Virus record (IMG/VR): IMGVR_UViG_3300038679_000016
Location: 2,964-66,963 of that record
DNA: 64,000 nt
From: a virus
Taxonomy: Duplodnaviria > Caudoviricetes
Direction: 5' to 3' (one strand)
Every line of letters begins with the position of its first letter. Positions within the stretch are counted from its first letter, which is position 1. Made by a program: the position numbers and the translations under genes. Under the pieces are notes generated by a model that saw only the letters and a list, made by a program, of their open reading frames with translations, searched no databases and had not been told where the DNA came from. Below are positions 10,101-17,647 of this stretch, piece after piece.

Positions 10101-11399
10101 ACCCTGTACGGGAGTAATAACGCTACTAGCAAAATCTCTAATATTTTTACTGAAAGCTTCACGCAAAGGCATCTGATGAGCAGCGCTAATTTCTTCCAAC
10201 TTAGCATGAGCTGCATTTATAGAAGCCTCGTCAGCGTCCGGATTCTTCTTCAGGAAATCAACCTTCGCTTTCTCTAAGTCTTTATCAACTCCAGGAGACA
10301 ATACATCTTTAATATAGTTATACGCATCACCCAACCAACTACTCGCAGCAGGCTTAGATATATCAGCACCTTGCGGAGATGGCGGAGCAAATGCACTCAA
10401 GTCTACTCCATCTTGTTTACTCTGCGTACTAGGCGGAGCAAATGCACTTAAATCTACATTGTCAGTTGCATAAGCTATCTTAGAAGCTCTTGCCTCGTAA
10501 TCAGGATTAATCAAATTAGTGGCAGTAACTCTACCTGGAAGTTGTGCAATAAACTGTTCATCTACTCTATCATATTTCCAACCCTTACCAGGAGTAAACG
10601 ACTTGAACACTTTCTCGCCAGCATCGTCAACATCCACTATGCCAATATGAGTAGCACCAGCCGTATAATTCCTATCCCCAGGTCGCCTTGTCATATGGAT
10701 AACTGTGCCAGGAGTCAAGATATCTGGAGACAAACTATTTCTGCCATAGACTGGCGAACCTATCGCCTTTCCGGCACTCGCCAACTCGCCGGGACCAATA
10801 CCTCCCTTTGGTAACGACACGCCAGTTCCCTTTAGCGGCCCAGAGTTCATGTAATTAGCCAAAGCATCGCCACAGCTTGAACCAGTACAATCTTCCAGAG
10901 CTAATTCCGGACCAGACGAAGCGATTTTCTGGTATGCCTGTCTAGTTGCTGCAATACGGCTAGGCATCATCGGAGTTCCAGGACGCTCGTACTCGTTGCT
11001 AAAAACTATAGCCGCCGCAACCGGACTCTTAGCTTGCCACAGTTTATCAATAACATGGGGGTAACTCGTAGCCAACTCGTGATTCACGAAGTCAATCTGA
11101 ACATCGAAATCATCCATCGGCTTACCTTTCTTAGTAGCATATTCAGCCAATGCCTGACGACGAGGTCCGTTCCACTGGGCTAGTCCATACGACTGCCCAC
11201 TGTCTCCGAAAACATGAGACTCACCATCGCCAGACTCATGCCACAAATTGCCTACGATCCCAGCAGCAATCTCTGGAGACCACTTATACTCATTGATCAG
11301 TCTCTGCATAGCACGAGCCATACGATCCTGTTCTGGAGGCTGTGCCGACGGAGTTGACGGCGCTAACGGAGGCGCAAATTCTGTAAGATCTATAGCCAT
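4128..11399 (-). CDS. Giant internal virion/ejection protein (polyvalent): N-terminal phage-tail-lysozyme domain, central ELQSDW...GY domain, C-terminal LPD38-like domain
   Basis: AAGIVGNLWHESG...GLAQWNG.RR...YERPG; YQDLPAWRKDLFFNIP...LPKPWTYG; start placed at the TAATG overlap at 11399 (track start 11417). Confidence 0.75.
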   Translation of the reverse strand: MAIDLTEFAPPLAPSTPSAQPPEQDRMARAMQRLINEYKWSPEIAAGIVGNLWHESGDGESHVFGDSGQSYGLAQWNGPRRQALAEYATKKGKPMDDFDVQIDFVNHELATSYPHVIDKLWQAKSPVAAAIVFSNEYERPGTPMMPSRIAATRQAYQKIASSGPELALEDCTGSSCGDALANYMNSGPLKGTGVSLPKGGIGPGELASAGKAIGSPVYGRNSLSPDILTPGTVIHMTRRPGDRNYTAGATHIGIVDVDDAGEKVFKSFTPGKGWKYDRVDEQFIAQLPGRVTATNLINPDYEARASKIAYATDNVDLSAFAPPSTQSKQDGVDLSAFAPPSPQGADISKPAASSWLGDAYNYIKDVLSPGVDKDLEKAKVDFLKKNPDADEASINAAHAKLEEISAAHQMPLREAFSKNIRDFASSVITPVQGIAKAARKVFEPLETADRDVLRDLGRDRRVGPGRYGTEAEGEEPRGIVEQVLRPEGEKHYSGEGLVRAPGRVLGTLIPYAAAGKVAQGMGMVLTPASTFYEKLLFNLATFMPVDVLTGYQEADKDGIDKALWHSPITAALFTIGGLPSGKVTGTVGVGLAGAGSAAAGGERDPEKLAEAFATMAILHNIMKTKPERATVEVKDFIKENNITDAEVQALQDKLEGFRKQYAADRATPEQRVPEPTPEEVQAGTEKLKQEYVAGEEAALVTPADLPPEVVNALRKGDPLSSTQDMILQDKIKAALIGQRTAPESVAWEQYGFSPGAPGLQTPRTMASGAEPNVPGPAEPVPGLTPLSDRANEAAKVEGQAIAEQQAFKENFKRTYDWYEQIKVERGVDAADEALRNYREELRKNYAGTPVSTAADAAAAEQAQLAAKEGKRQTGIEDEGVIPMYSGGPDTSELMRKLAPVWYSRAQRFIGKKLPNVGTGQGLANTIQNWISKGVMPEGDGVKWTGVVPWLQERKGKVTRQEVVDFLEQNKVELRVVEKGGDKTEQADKNIAAQNTYGRDYSDLTVTERADLDAELMADSLSGYEAPSATKFQSYMNLPSGATNYREFYGVWPSEEVTFDKAHSTGDPTADVNRIFHAFTFDQVINGKKYLTIAELQSDWAHEGRTKGYSDGKSEYFVIAPDGRWIIVYETKDAANAELKRYGGNDKGYFVHEEKTPGVPPFPFQGNWMKVAMKKMLRQASEEGYDGLAWVSGDMVKERYNLSKVYDNVSSEKTPEGYKVTAKRLDTGDKVDVGVFKDAKAIKDAGIAEDMAEKLVKAEVKELKLPKDSELVQYENEWYVREDGSLLNWTRSQTKERALEYYFNTSDAVKPGVVRLVGVDLKLGGEWANKQYDSINPTTGEKVFGMPVFMDKYGKQWGARTKKTNIGTEITELPDNVLVESFVTKDVRPEADLHGDIADQFPSGLDKGWGVWENAGRGMLIGLGRTKAEATNRALEFLRKQDGGVGEVYTLDITPSMKETVLTKGQYMFSGGPDTSEWFKSLLRTGNAPKVLKGMTPAQLEVASRISVGDHEKKTWTTPTDVYTAIVDEVHPFKKYMEQYSKESPRITDDPYKQGILFPGWPGKAEAFIKYHPWDRNTFQFKHNVKGLADIYKPIEAAGNIEQFRTFLVARRSVERARRGLETGVDLEAALKTVEELGDKFGESVAQYDLYTDSILQFAVDSGLISPEHYIQIKKDSNDYAPLLRVMDLEPKTAGGKGFQASQVIKRFVGSEREIIDPLESTVRLTYALVNAAERNNVAASLIRWSKKSGAFGDTIYEINAAAIPIDIQLREVIRNKAVRENLEKSGLTESDMVIFRPSAFQPSPSTISVWENGVRKFYRVPKEIADVVKGMNETSADVLTRLLSVPAQALRLGATTLYPEFWGKNPLKDQGTAFIHSKYGYVPFVDLYRGIAEMARGGEQYWKYMISGAPHGELVSMDRRLLQNKLRDVLSGKLSMPGFLVYHPIEAAKLLSEYSERGTRIGEFKKGMTLQDDLKGLESNELTQAKFLAKHPVEGLKLLAEGAGLGKFIKSTPIEEGHPEAVQEAGYQSKDFTVNFSRKGGAATAKFINMVTAFWNPGVQGVDKFIRTHKERPLSTMAKAIAAVTIPSMLLEAVFGDDPRYQDLPAWRKDLFFNIPSSYGVVSLPKPWTYGLLYGAIPQRIMRSILEKDPHAYDGLLEAIGKEVPDFPLPTAITPIIEIWANKKLFTGTPLMPGWKKDLPAKFQFSGDTPETIKAVGNMVSNIPIVGESWMASPIALNHLLVSWTGGTGRMFTDATDYSLRKSGVLTVVPPPTARLSDTPVVRAFFARYPSLDAEPLQRFRERTVKSAAKMRFLTSQVMDMAMEGKQHKLLPLINELGPDTAMNLGSMTDAFNEMSKFAHLIERSKDMSPDQKRETVDRIYLAMIAAAKHTNRIVDQVLEQSKGKIVQPAVPKPNTGKSIFNQ

Positions 11400-12364
11400 T
11401 ATTTTATACCATGCCAAGCTTTATACTGCTCCTCAGTTGCAGGAATCATTTTACTGGGATCAGCTTTGCTTGGAAGCAGATATTGTCGCTTTGGCGAAGC
11501 TCCCGGCTGTTTGCTTCCAGTACCAGGACGCCCACCAGGATACATTGTATCCTCCATCATCTGATCCATAGGCTTCAGAGGCTTTGGATACTCTGCTGCC
11601 CCAGCTGCCTTACCGCCTGTATTAGCTGCATTGAAGCCTCTAATTATGGTATCTTCGTCAGCATTAGGCGGTATACCAGGAATCTTTCCAGCCCGTACGT
11701 CAGCTTTATAGTCAGTATAGTTAGTAAATCTATTAGAGCTGGCACCGCCCCTGGGTCTAGTTGCTCCAATTTGTGCCGCGCCAATTCTACCTTCATATCC
11801 CCTGTCTGCACTATAGATTTGTGCTGCTTGACTACCAGCAGCCGTACGCTCTCTCGATGCTGCAGTAATGCGAGCAACGGCTGTCTTCAAATCCTCCTTA
11901 TACTTTAGCACACTCTCTAAGGCTTCAGGACTATACTGCTGCAGAAAAGGTGGAAGCTGGATACCTACCTTACCAAGATTGGTTACATATTCCGGCCACA
12001 TATTCGCAGCAGCCGCTGGATTACTCTTCGACGCTGCTACGATATATGGCAGCATTTTCTCTGTCAAATCAATGCCAGCACCTAGACGTTCCACAGCAAA
12101 TTTCTGCTTATTAAAATCCATCGTTGCCAGCTTGTTCTCTATATCCGTCGCCAACGCAGGATCGTATCCTCTCAATTCTCTGGGATCGCCCGTAGCTGCA
12201 AACTGTTTAGCAGTCTCCTGCTGCCGTTTCTGCATATCAAGTGCTGCCTGCATACTCTCATTCTTTAATGCAGAATGTTGCATCTGATCTGCCGCACCCA
12301 TCCCAGCTATAAAACTACCAAACGGACGCTGTGGCTCAAAACCTGTATAATTAGGCATAGTCAT
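11399..12364 (-). CDS. Ejection protein (P22 gp20-like position)
   Basis: Ala/Gln-rich helical 321 aa between the gp7-like and giant ejection genes. Confidence 0.55.
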   Translation of the reverse strand: MTMPNYTGFEPQRPFGSFIAGMGAADQMQHSALKNESMQAALDMQKRQQETAKQFAATGDPRELRGYDPALATDIENKLATMDFNKQKFAVERLGAGIDLTEKMLPYIVAASKSNPAAAANMWPEYVTNLGKVGIQLPPFLQQYSPEALESVLKYKEDLKTAVARITAASRERTAAGSQAAQIYSADRGYEGRIGAAQIGATRPRGGASSNRFTNYTDYKADVRAGKIPGIPPNADEDTIIRGFNAANTGGKAAGAAEYPKPLKPMDQMMEDTMYPGGRPGTGSKQPGASPKRQYLLPSKADPSKMIPATEEQYKAWHGIK

Positions 12365-12367
12365 CTC

Positions 12368-13393
12368 CTACGCAGCCATTCTGTAGGGTTCACGGAAAGC
12401 ACTATATCGAGTGTACTCGTTAGGAATAACGTAGCCAGGTATATTCGGCACAAACAACTCTGGCCCACGCTCACCAACTATGTATGGGCGATTCGCAGCA
12501 GTCGGACCACCGTTGGCCATAAATGGAGCAATATCACTTCCGGTTGGCATCCAGCCACCGCCACTTGACGGATTAAATGCCTGGTAGCTGCCACCACCGC
12601 CCCAACCACCATACAGCTGAGGTAAACTCATCCCAGGCATAGAATTCAGTGCACCAGAAGTATTGTCAGTCGCACCAAAGGTTCCAAGCCAATCTGCTAG
12701 ATTCCTCAGCGCGCCACTGTTATTAAGGCTTTGTACACCAAATCCCAGTCCACTCATCAAGTCATTAGACGCAGCACTCTTAGACTGCATATCCATCAAC
12801 GCTTGTTGAGTACCATACTGAGCTTGCGTACCACCCATCCCAGCATAGAGACCAGCAAGCTGTCCACCAGCTTGCATAGCATATCCACCACTCGTGCCGG
12901 CTGCTCCAAGACCCTGGCCAGACAGATTCTGCAGCGATGACATATATGGTGCCCAGGCGTAGGTCTGTGCCAGCTTCTGTCCGTAATCCAACGCACCCTT
13001 CATACCAGGGCCAGACGACAATAAGCCAGTCCCAGCACCATATCTCCGCAGCGCCTCGGTTCCTTGATCTCGTAGGAATTGGTATCCCGGTGTCCCCTCT
13101 AATGTCTTAGTTGGATCAAGCGCGGTATACCCTGGCAGTCCCAGTAGACCACTCCACTGGTTGACGGCTGCTCCACCGGCATCTCTCCAGGGAGCTAAGT
13201 ATGCAATCGCTCGCGCATAATAATCATTAATCGCATCTCTGCCCATGCCCTGATTTCTGGCAAGCATGGCCATGGTAGCATCCATATTTCCGCCACCACT
13301 ACCACTGCTTCTAGATGCGTTCATTACCCCAGCAGCGCCACCAGCCAAGGCACCAGCTGCACCAACACCTGCGATTATAGTAGTAGCGCCCAT
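12368..13393 (-). CDS. DNA transfer/pilot protein (P22 gp7-like)
   Basis: Gly/Ala-rich N-terminus, PGYQFLRDQG...GLLSSG...ALDYGQ.LA motif. Confidence 0.7.
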   Translation of the reverse strand: MGATTIIAGVGAAGALAGGAAGVMNASRSSGSGGGNMDATMAMLARNQGMGRDAINDYYARAIAYLAPWRDAGGAAVNQWSGLLGLPGYTALDPTKTLEGTPGYQFLRDQGTEALRRYGAGTGLLSSGPGMKGALDYGQKLAQTYAWAPYMSSLQNLSGQGLGAAGTSGGYAMQAGGQLAGLYAGMGGTQAQYGTQQALMDMQSKSAASNDLMSGLGFGVQSLNNSGALRNLADWLGTFGATDNTSGALNSMPGMSLPQLYGGWGGGGSYQAFNPSSGGGWMPTGSDIAPFMANGGPTAANRPYIVGERGPELFVPNIPGYVIPNEYTRYSAFREPYRMAA

Positions 13394-13406
13394 AGTATCT
13401 AATACC

Positions 13407-14414
13407 TCACACTAAGCTTTCATAATTATAAATAGTTGGAAATCCACCTACAGTACGCATAAACTGAACTGTTTCACTCTGCATTTCCCATGTTTCTTCT
13501 GGCGTACCTCTCATATATGAGACCATATATGGCATATCCATTTCTTTCAGCACTGCAACTGTATTTAGTATCTGAGCATTGCTTAATTGCTTATTTAATA
13601 CTGTATTTCTGTACACCTCGTTCCCAGATTCTACTCCAAAAAAACAACCAACCATTCCTCTATCTTTCAGCCATATTAGTTGTGACTGTTTTATGTCGCC
13701 TCTGATGTATGCTATAAAAGGAAAGTGAAAGTTGCCCCAAGATTCTTTCCAGGCCTCGCTATAATACGGCACCAATTCATCAAGAAAGTGTATAATGCCA
13801 GGATTATATTCCTCAGTAAGCAACATTAAATCATTCTCAACATTTGTTCTAATTCGTACTCCACTTGGCTGGACAGATACCGCACAAAAATTACACTTAT
13901 ATGGACAGCCTCTACTGCTGCTGTACGGTAAAATCTTTCCATAGTCTTTAAACGGCAGGTCTCTATCATAAGGTATATCTATAAATAATTCATAGTCAGG
14001 CAGTGGTAACTTATTTAAATCTATACATCGCTGTGGTTCTTGAAATAAACCAGTATACTCTTTAGTCAAAAATAAAGGAAGTAATTCACCTTCTCCTCTA
14101 CATATTAGTGTAGTATACGAATAAAGCACTATAGGCAATCTCGGATAAACACCGCCCAATATAGTCGTAACGCCTCTCTTAGTTGCTTCTATCATAAAAG
14201 GTACAGATAAATTATAATCATGCTTTGTTACGCAAGAAAAAGCAATATAATGAAAATCATGACTGTCAATATAGTCTGTAAAACTTTGCACATTATCCAG
14301 TAAATATAAATCTGTTTCAACACCAGATAATTTACACGCAGTAGATAGTACAGCAATGCCATGATTATAGCTTACATATAAAGGGTAAAAAGCAAATAAT
14401 ATTTTCATAGCCAT
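13407..14414 (-). CDS. Cobalamin-binding radical SAM enzyme (class B methyltransferase-like)
   Basis: N-terminal HGIAVLS...ILGGVYP...RGEGE B12-binding pattern plus SSRGCPYKCNFC (CxxxCxxC). Confidence 0.85.
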   Translation of the reverse strand: MAMKILFAFYPLYVSYNHGIAVLSTACKLSGVETDLYLLDNVQSFTDYIDSHDFHYIAFSCVTKHDYNLSVPFMIEATKRGVTTILGGVYPRLPIVLYSYTTLICRGEGELLPLFLTKEYTGLFQEPQRCIDLNKLPLPDYELFIDIPYDRDLPFKDYGKILPYSSSRGCPYKCNFCAVSVQPSGVRIRTNVENDLMLLTEEYNPGIIHFLDELVPYYSEAWKESWGNFHFPFIAYIRGDIKQSQLIWLKDRGMVGCFFGVESGNEVYRNTVLNKQLSNAQILNTVAVLKEMDMPYMVSYMRGTPEETWEMQSETVQFMRTVGGFPTIYNYESLV

Positions 14415-14872
14415 CTACAATCTTCTCGTAGCATACCGTATAATACTAAGTCATATTTATTACCAGAAAATTCTACTGCCTCGCGTAAGATACCTTCTTC
14501 CTGAAACCCCATACCAAGAATAAATTTAATAACTTTATCAGTTAAACCAAGAATACTATATGTATTTACTCTGTGCACTTTTAGTATATTAAATGTGAAA
14601 TTAAATACCTGCTTCATTACTTTTCTGTTCATTGCAGCTCTATGCGCTGGATGAAATGCTGCATGGATCATTATACTATTACCAGAGTAAAAATCACTAA
14701 ACTGCACACACCCAACTAATTTATCATTTTTCCAATATGTAAATACTCTACGTAAATCCATATTCTGGCAGAACTCATCATATGCCTGATAACCTTTGTA
14801 GGGTTCAGATAACTTTATTAGGTTAAATAGATCTTTGTAACAACTTCTTGATAAAGGCACTATCTTAGTCAT
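14405..14872 (-). CDS. GNAT/RimJ-like acetyltransferase
   Basis: FNFTFNILKVHRV...FILGMGFQEEGILRE...YDLVLYGMLREDC RimJ/RimL-type pattern. Confidence 0.75.
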   Translation of the reverse strand: MTKIVPLSRSCYKDLFNLIKLSEPYKGYQAYDEFCQNMDLRRVFTYWKNDKLVGCVQFSDFYSGNSIMIHAAFHPAHRAAMNRKVMKQVFNFTFNILKVHRVNTYSILGLTDKVIKFILGMGFQEEGILREAVEFSGNKYDLVLYGMLREDCRWL

Positions 14873-14895
14873 TGTGTAATATGCCTATGAATAAT

Positions 14896-14914
14896 CATGT
14901 TAAAATTTAACATG
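14896..14914. promoter_or_regulatory. Dispersed palindrome copy 2 (flanks +)
   Basis: aataat CATGTTAAAATTTAACATG gttgct; intergenic. Confidence 0.85.
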
Positions 14915-14918
14915 GTTG

Positions 14919-15107
14919 CTACTTTTTCCGCCCACACCCACACTTCTTCTTAGCGCCTTTACCAGTCGGCTTCCATCCATGCTCCACAGCATTCAGCAAC
15001 CGTTCCTGTGCTGCTGCCTTCTTGGCAGTAGTGCCTCTCGCCTTTACACCACCAGGAGTCCGTACTTGCACTTTTCCACTTGGTAGCTTCTTCTTTATAA
15101 CTGGCAT
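14919..15107 (-). CDS. Small highly basic virion-operon protein
   Basis: 62 aa, Lys-rich, ends KKKCGCGRKK. Confidence 0.65.
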   Translation of the reverse strand: MPVIKKKLPSGKVQVRTPGGVKARGTTAKKAAAQERLLNAVEHGWKPTGKGAKKKCGCGRKK

Positions 15108-15109
15108 AG

Positions 15110-16060
15110 TTATTTAACTCCTACCTGACGTGATCCCATCGTATCAATAGGAAAGTGAAAATCTATCTCCAGTAATAAGGGCAGATTACCAGCACCTACA
15201 CCAGCCCAAGTATCATCTGCTCCAGTATCAGTGCGTTTCAAGTTACAGATCAACATCGAACTGATATCCTTGGCAGCCGTGTGTCCATCTATGATCACTT
15301 CCGGGGTCATTTGGTGAGCATGAGCAACTCCATTGCACGCATCAGACAAATCAGCAGTTGCCATAGCGCCAAAGGCGCCATTAATGTTAGCCCATGAATA
15401 ATCTACCTTCCACCCTACTGTGTTACCATTTTCAGCTACTCCATTAGCTCCAGGAGTCCAGTGGACATGGACTTTTATATCCTGCCCAGTCTTATATGAG
15501 TGGGGCATTTGCACCGTGAACGATACCACGTTGTTTTTGGCAAACTCATACAGATATGAATTAATTCCACCCCCGCCCACCGCATAGACTACTATCGCCG
15601 GGTCTGATATCCCAGGTCTGTCAAATGAACCAGGGGTAATTCGCATATCATCCCAAACGACAGTCTGCAATTCGATTGTTTTATCTGCGCCACAAGACAC
15701 CTCTAAGTCGCTTGGAGCTATAACAGATGTATCAATCTGCCCAGATGTAAGAACTAGTCCCACAAATTCTGGTACTGCCCCGGTATGTATATCCTGCGGT
15801 AGACTCAGTGTTGTACCAGTACCAGCTACAGCATTAGTTCCACCAGTAACTGTAATCTGATTAGCTGTGCCAGTCAGATTCCCGAACTCGTCAAACTGTG
15901 CTACTATCGCATATGCCAGAATAGTCCATGCCGTAGCACCATCACCCACTTTAAACTTCCCTGTATCAGTTTCAAAACCCACCTCTCCGGCATTAAGAAT
16001 CGGATTAGCGACAGTCCAGGCAGCTGCAATCCCACGTCGTAGTTGAATAGTCTGCGCCAT
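15110..16060 (-). CDS. Tail fibre/adhesin with Mtd_N-like N-terminal domain
   Basis: IQLRRGIAAAWTVANPILNAGEVGFETDTGKFKVGDG..AW..L.Y. Confidence 0.75.
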   Translation of the reverse strand: MAQTIQLRRGIAAAWTVANPILNAGEVGFETDTGKFKVGDGATAWTILAYAIVAQFDEFGNLTGTANQITVTGGTNAVAGTGTTLSLPQDIHTGAVPEFVGLVLTSGQIDTSVIAPSDLEVSCGADKTIELQTVVWDDMRITPGSFDRPGISDPAIVVYAVGGGGINSYLYEFAKNNVVSFTVQMPHSYKTGQDIKVHVHWTPGANGVAENGNTVGWKVDYSWANINGAFGAMATADLSDACNGVAHAHQMTPEVIIDGHTAAKDISSMLICNLKRTDTGADDTWAGVGAGNLPLLLEIDFHFPIDTMGSRQVGVK

Positions 16061-16197
16061 TACGGAATACCGCCATCTATAGCATCAAGACGAGTCTGTA
16101 TAGCCAATAACCAAGTTCGCAACGCCTGCCACCAGTTCCAAAAAGGAACAGGAAATACTTGTCTCAACTCTCCAGGAAGTTCAGGAATAACAGCCAT
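16060..16197 (-). CDS. Small Trp-rich tail-region protein (45 aa)
   Basis: MAVIPELPGELRQVFPVPFWNWWQALRTW...; overlaps both neighbours by start/stop coupling; not in ORF track. Confidence 0.55.
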   Translation of the reverse strand: MAVIPELPGELRQVFPVPFWNWWQALRTWLLAIQTRLDAIDGGIP

Positions 16198-17627
16198 CAC
16201 TGCACTCCAAAATCAATACCAAGTATCTTCCACACAATAGCATCAGTCATAGTAAGACGATACATCCGCCGGTAGCCAGTACCAAGTTGGTTCCAGTTAG
16301 CCTGCCACTTATAATTACCAGTTGTCCCAACAGACCGAGTAACCATATTGCTCCAGTTCTTGCCGCCATCTGCTGAGAATTCCAGACCAATTTGTGGAGT
16401 AGCGCCAGCTGGCAAACCCCGACCAGCTTCAATCAACACCTGCGTATTAGGAAATGAAATAAGACTCTTCCCGCCCTGCATATCTTGGCTATGCAGCACA
16501 CGCTGAATCGCATGGCCATTATCTTGAGTATATTCAGCACTCATTTCATATATAGTACCATTTTCATAGTCGCCCACATAGTGCTTTCCATTCAGTTTTG
16601 TATAACAATTAGCTCTGTGGCGTCCGTACCCACCAGCTGCCTTATAACTTTGCCGCTTCAGCAATAATCCTGTAGTTCCATCCAAAACCCACGTTACGTC
16701 TGCGGTAGGAAAAGTAAACTGCTGAAATATATGACCCTGATCACGATAGCTAAATGTGATACAGTCTGCAATAGTACTATAGCCAGGATGCTCCAAACTA
16801 CCGTCACCAGCTACTTCTCTGTCAAACATCTGATTACTAACTATATTCGTAGTCGTCCCACGAGCCTGTACCAGCTGTCCACGGTCAGTTAGCCAGGTCA
16901 TAATTGTACCATCCATATCTCCTACAGCCTTAGCTGCAGCAAGTCCGTAGTTAATAAGACCAGCTACATTTCTTGCAAACGTAGGAGTTTGGGCAGAAAT
17001 ATTACTGCCACCAGCATTATACCATATCTCTGTACCTTTATCCGTACCGAATATATAGGGTTCTCTATTCAGGCTACGTATTGCTCTAATATCGTCAGTC
17101 GTTGATTCCTTCGCGTAGAAGTCCAGAGCATCAAATGATGTAAAGTCGTTGATAGAACTAAAGAACCATCTATTCGTACCCGGCTCGAAAAACAATCCAT
17201 AGCCATCTTGATATTCCAGACCTCCAGCTCCTGGAAAATCACCATCAGTAATCTGCTTAAAAATGCCAGTAGCTAGAGTATATACGTATCCAGTTATACC
17301 ATCGACAATACACAGTTGCGTCTGGTTATTCCGCAGCCAGGCTGGGCCAGTATAACTAGTAGAAAAAGAACTAATCTCGGCGGCCCCGCCAGAAGAATCA
17401 ACACGCCATAATACAGTATCACTGCCACGACGAGCTAGCCAGTACATATAACCGTTCCATGTCCAGCCTTCTCGAACTTCTGTACAATTTGAGAACTGAC
17501 ACAGAGCCGACAATCCTCCAAATGGCAACAGCACCAACTCCTGACTAGTATCCTTAGCAGGAAACAGTCCATTTGGCACATCACCATACTGAGCATCGAC
17601 AACTATTGGCCAAGGTTTAGGAGGCAT
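16197..17627 (-). CDS. Tail hub / packaged-DNA stabilization protein (P22 gp10-like)
   Basis: beta-propeller-like, DGYGLFF...FFSSINDFTSFDALDFYAKES..D; LEFSADGGKNWSN. Confidence 0.8.
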   Translation of the reverse strand: MPPKPWPIVVDAQYGDVPNGLFPAKDTSQELVLLPFGGLSALCQFSNCTEVREGWTWNGYMYWLARRGSDTVLWRVDSSGGAAEISSFSTSYTGPAWLRNNQTQLCIVDGITGYVYTLATGIFKQITDGDFPGAGGLEYQDGYGLFFEPGTNRWFFSSINDFTSFDALDFYAKESTTDDIRAIRSLNREPYIFGTDKGTEIWYNAGGSNISAQTPTFARNVAGLINYGLAAAKAVGDMDGTIMTWLTDRGQLVQARGTTTNIVSNQMFDREVAGDGSLEHPGYSTIADCITFSYRDQGHIFQQFTFPTADVTWVLDGTTGLLLKRQSYKAAGGYGRHRANCYTKLNGKHYVGDYENGTIYEMSAEYTQDNGHAIQRVLHSQDMQGGKSLISFPNTQVLIEAGRGLPAGATPQIGLEFSADGGKNWSNMVTRSVGTTGNYKWQANWNQLGTGYRRMYRLTMTDAIVWKILGIDFGVQ

Positions 17628-17647
17628 ATTTATATACTCAATATTTG

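Noticed and set aside
15110-16060. Mtd_N-like domain suggesting a BPP-1-type diversity-generating retroelement
   Set aside because: No reverse transcriptase ORF and no template/variable repeat pair found
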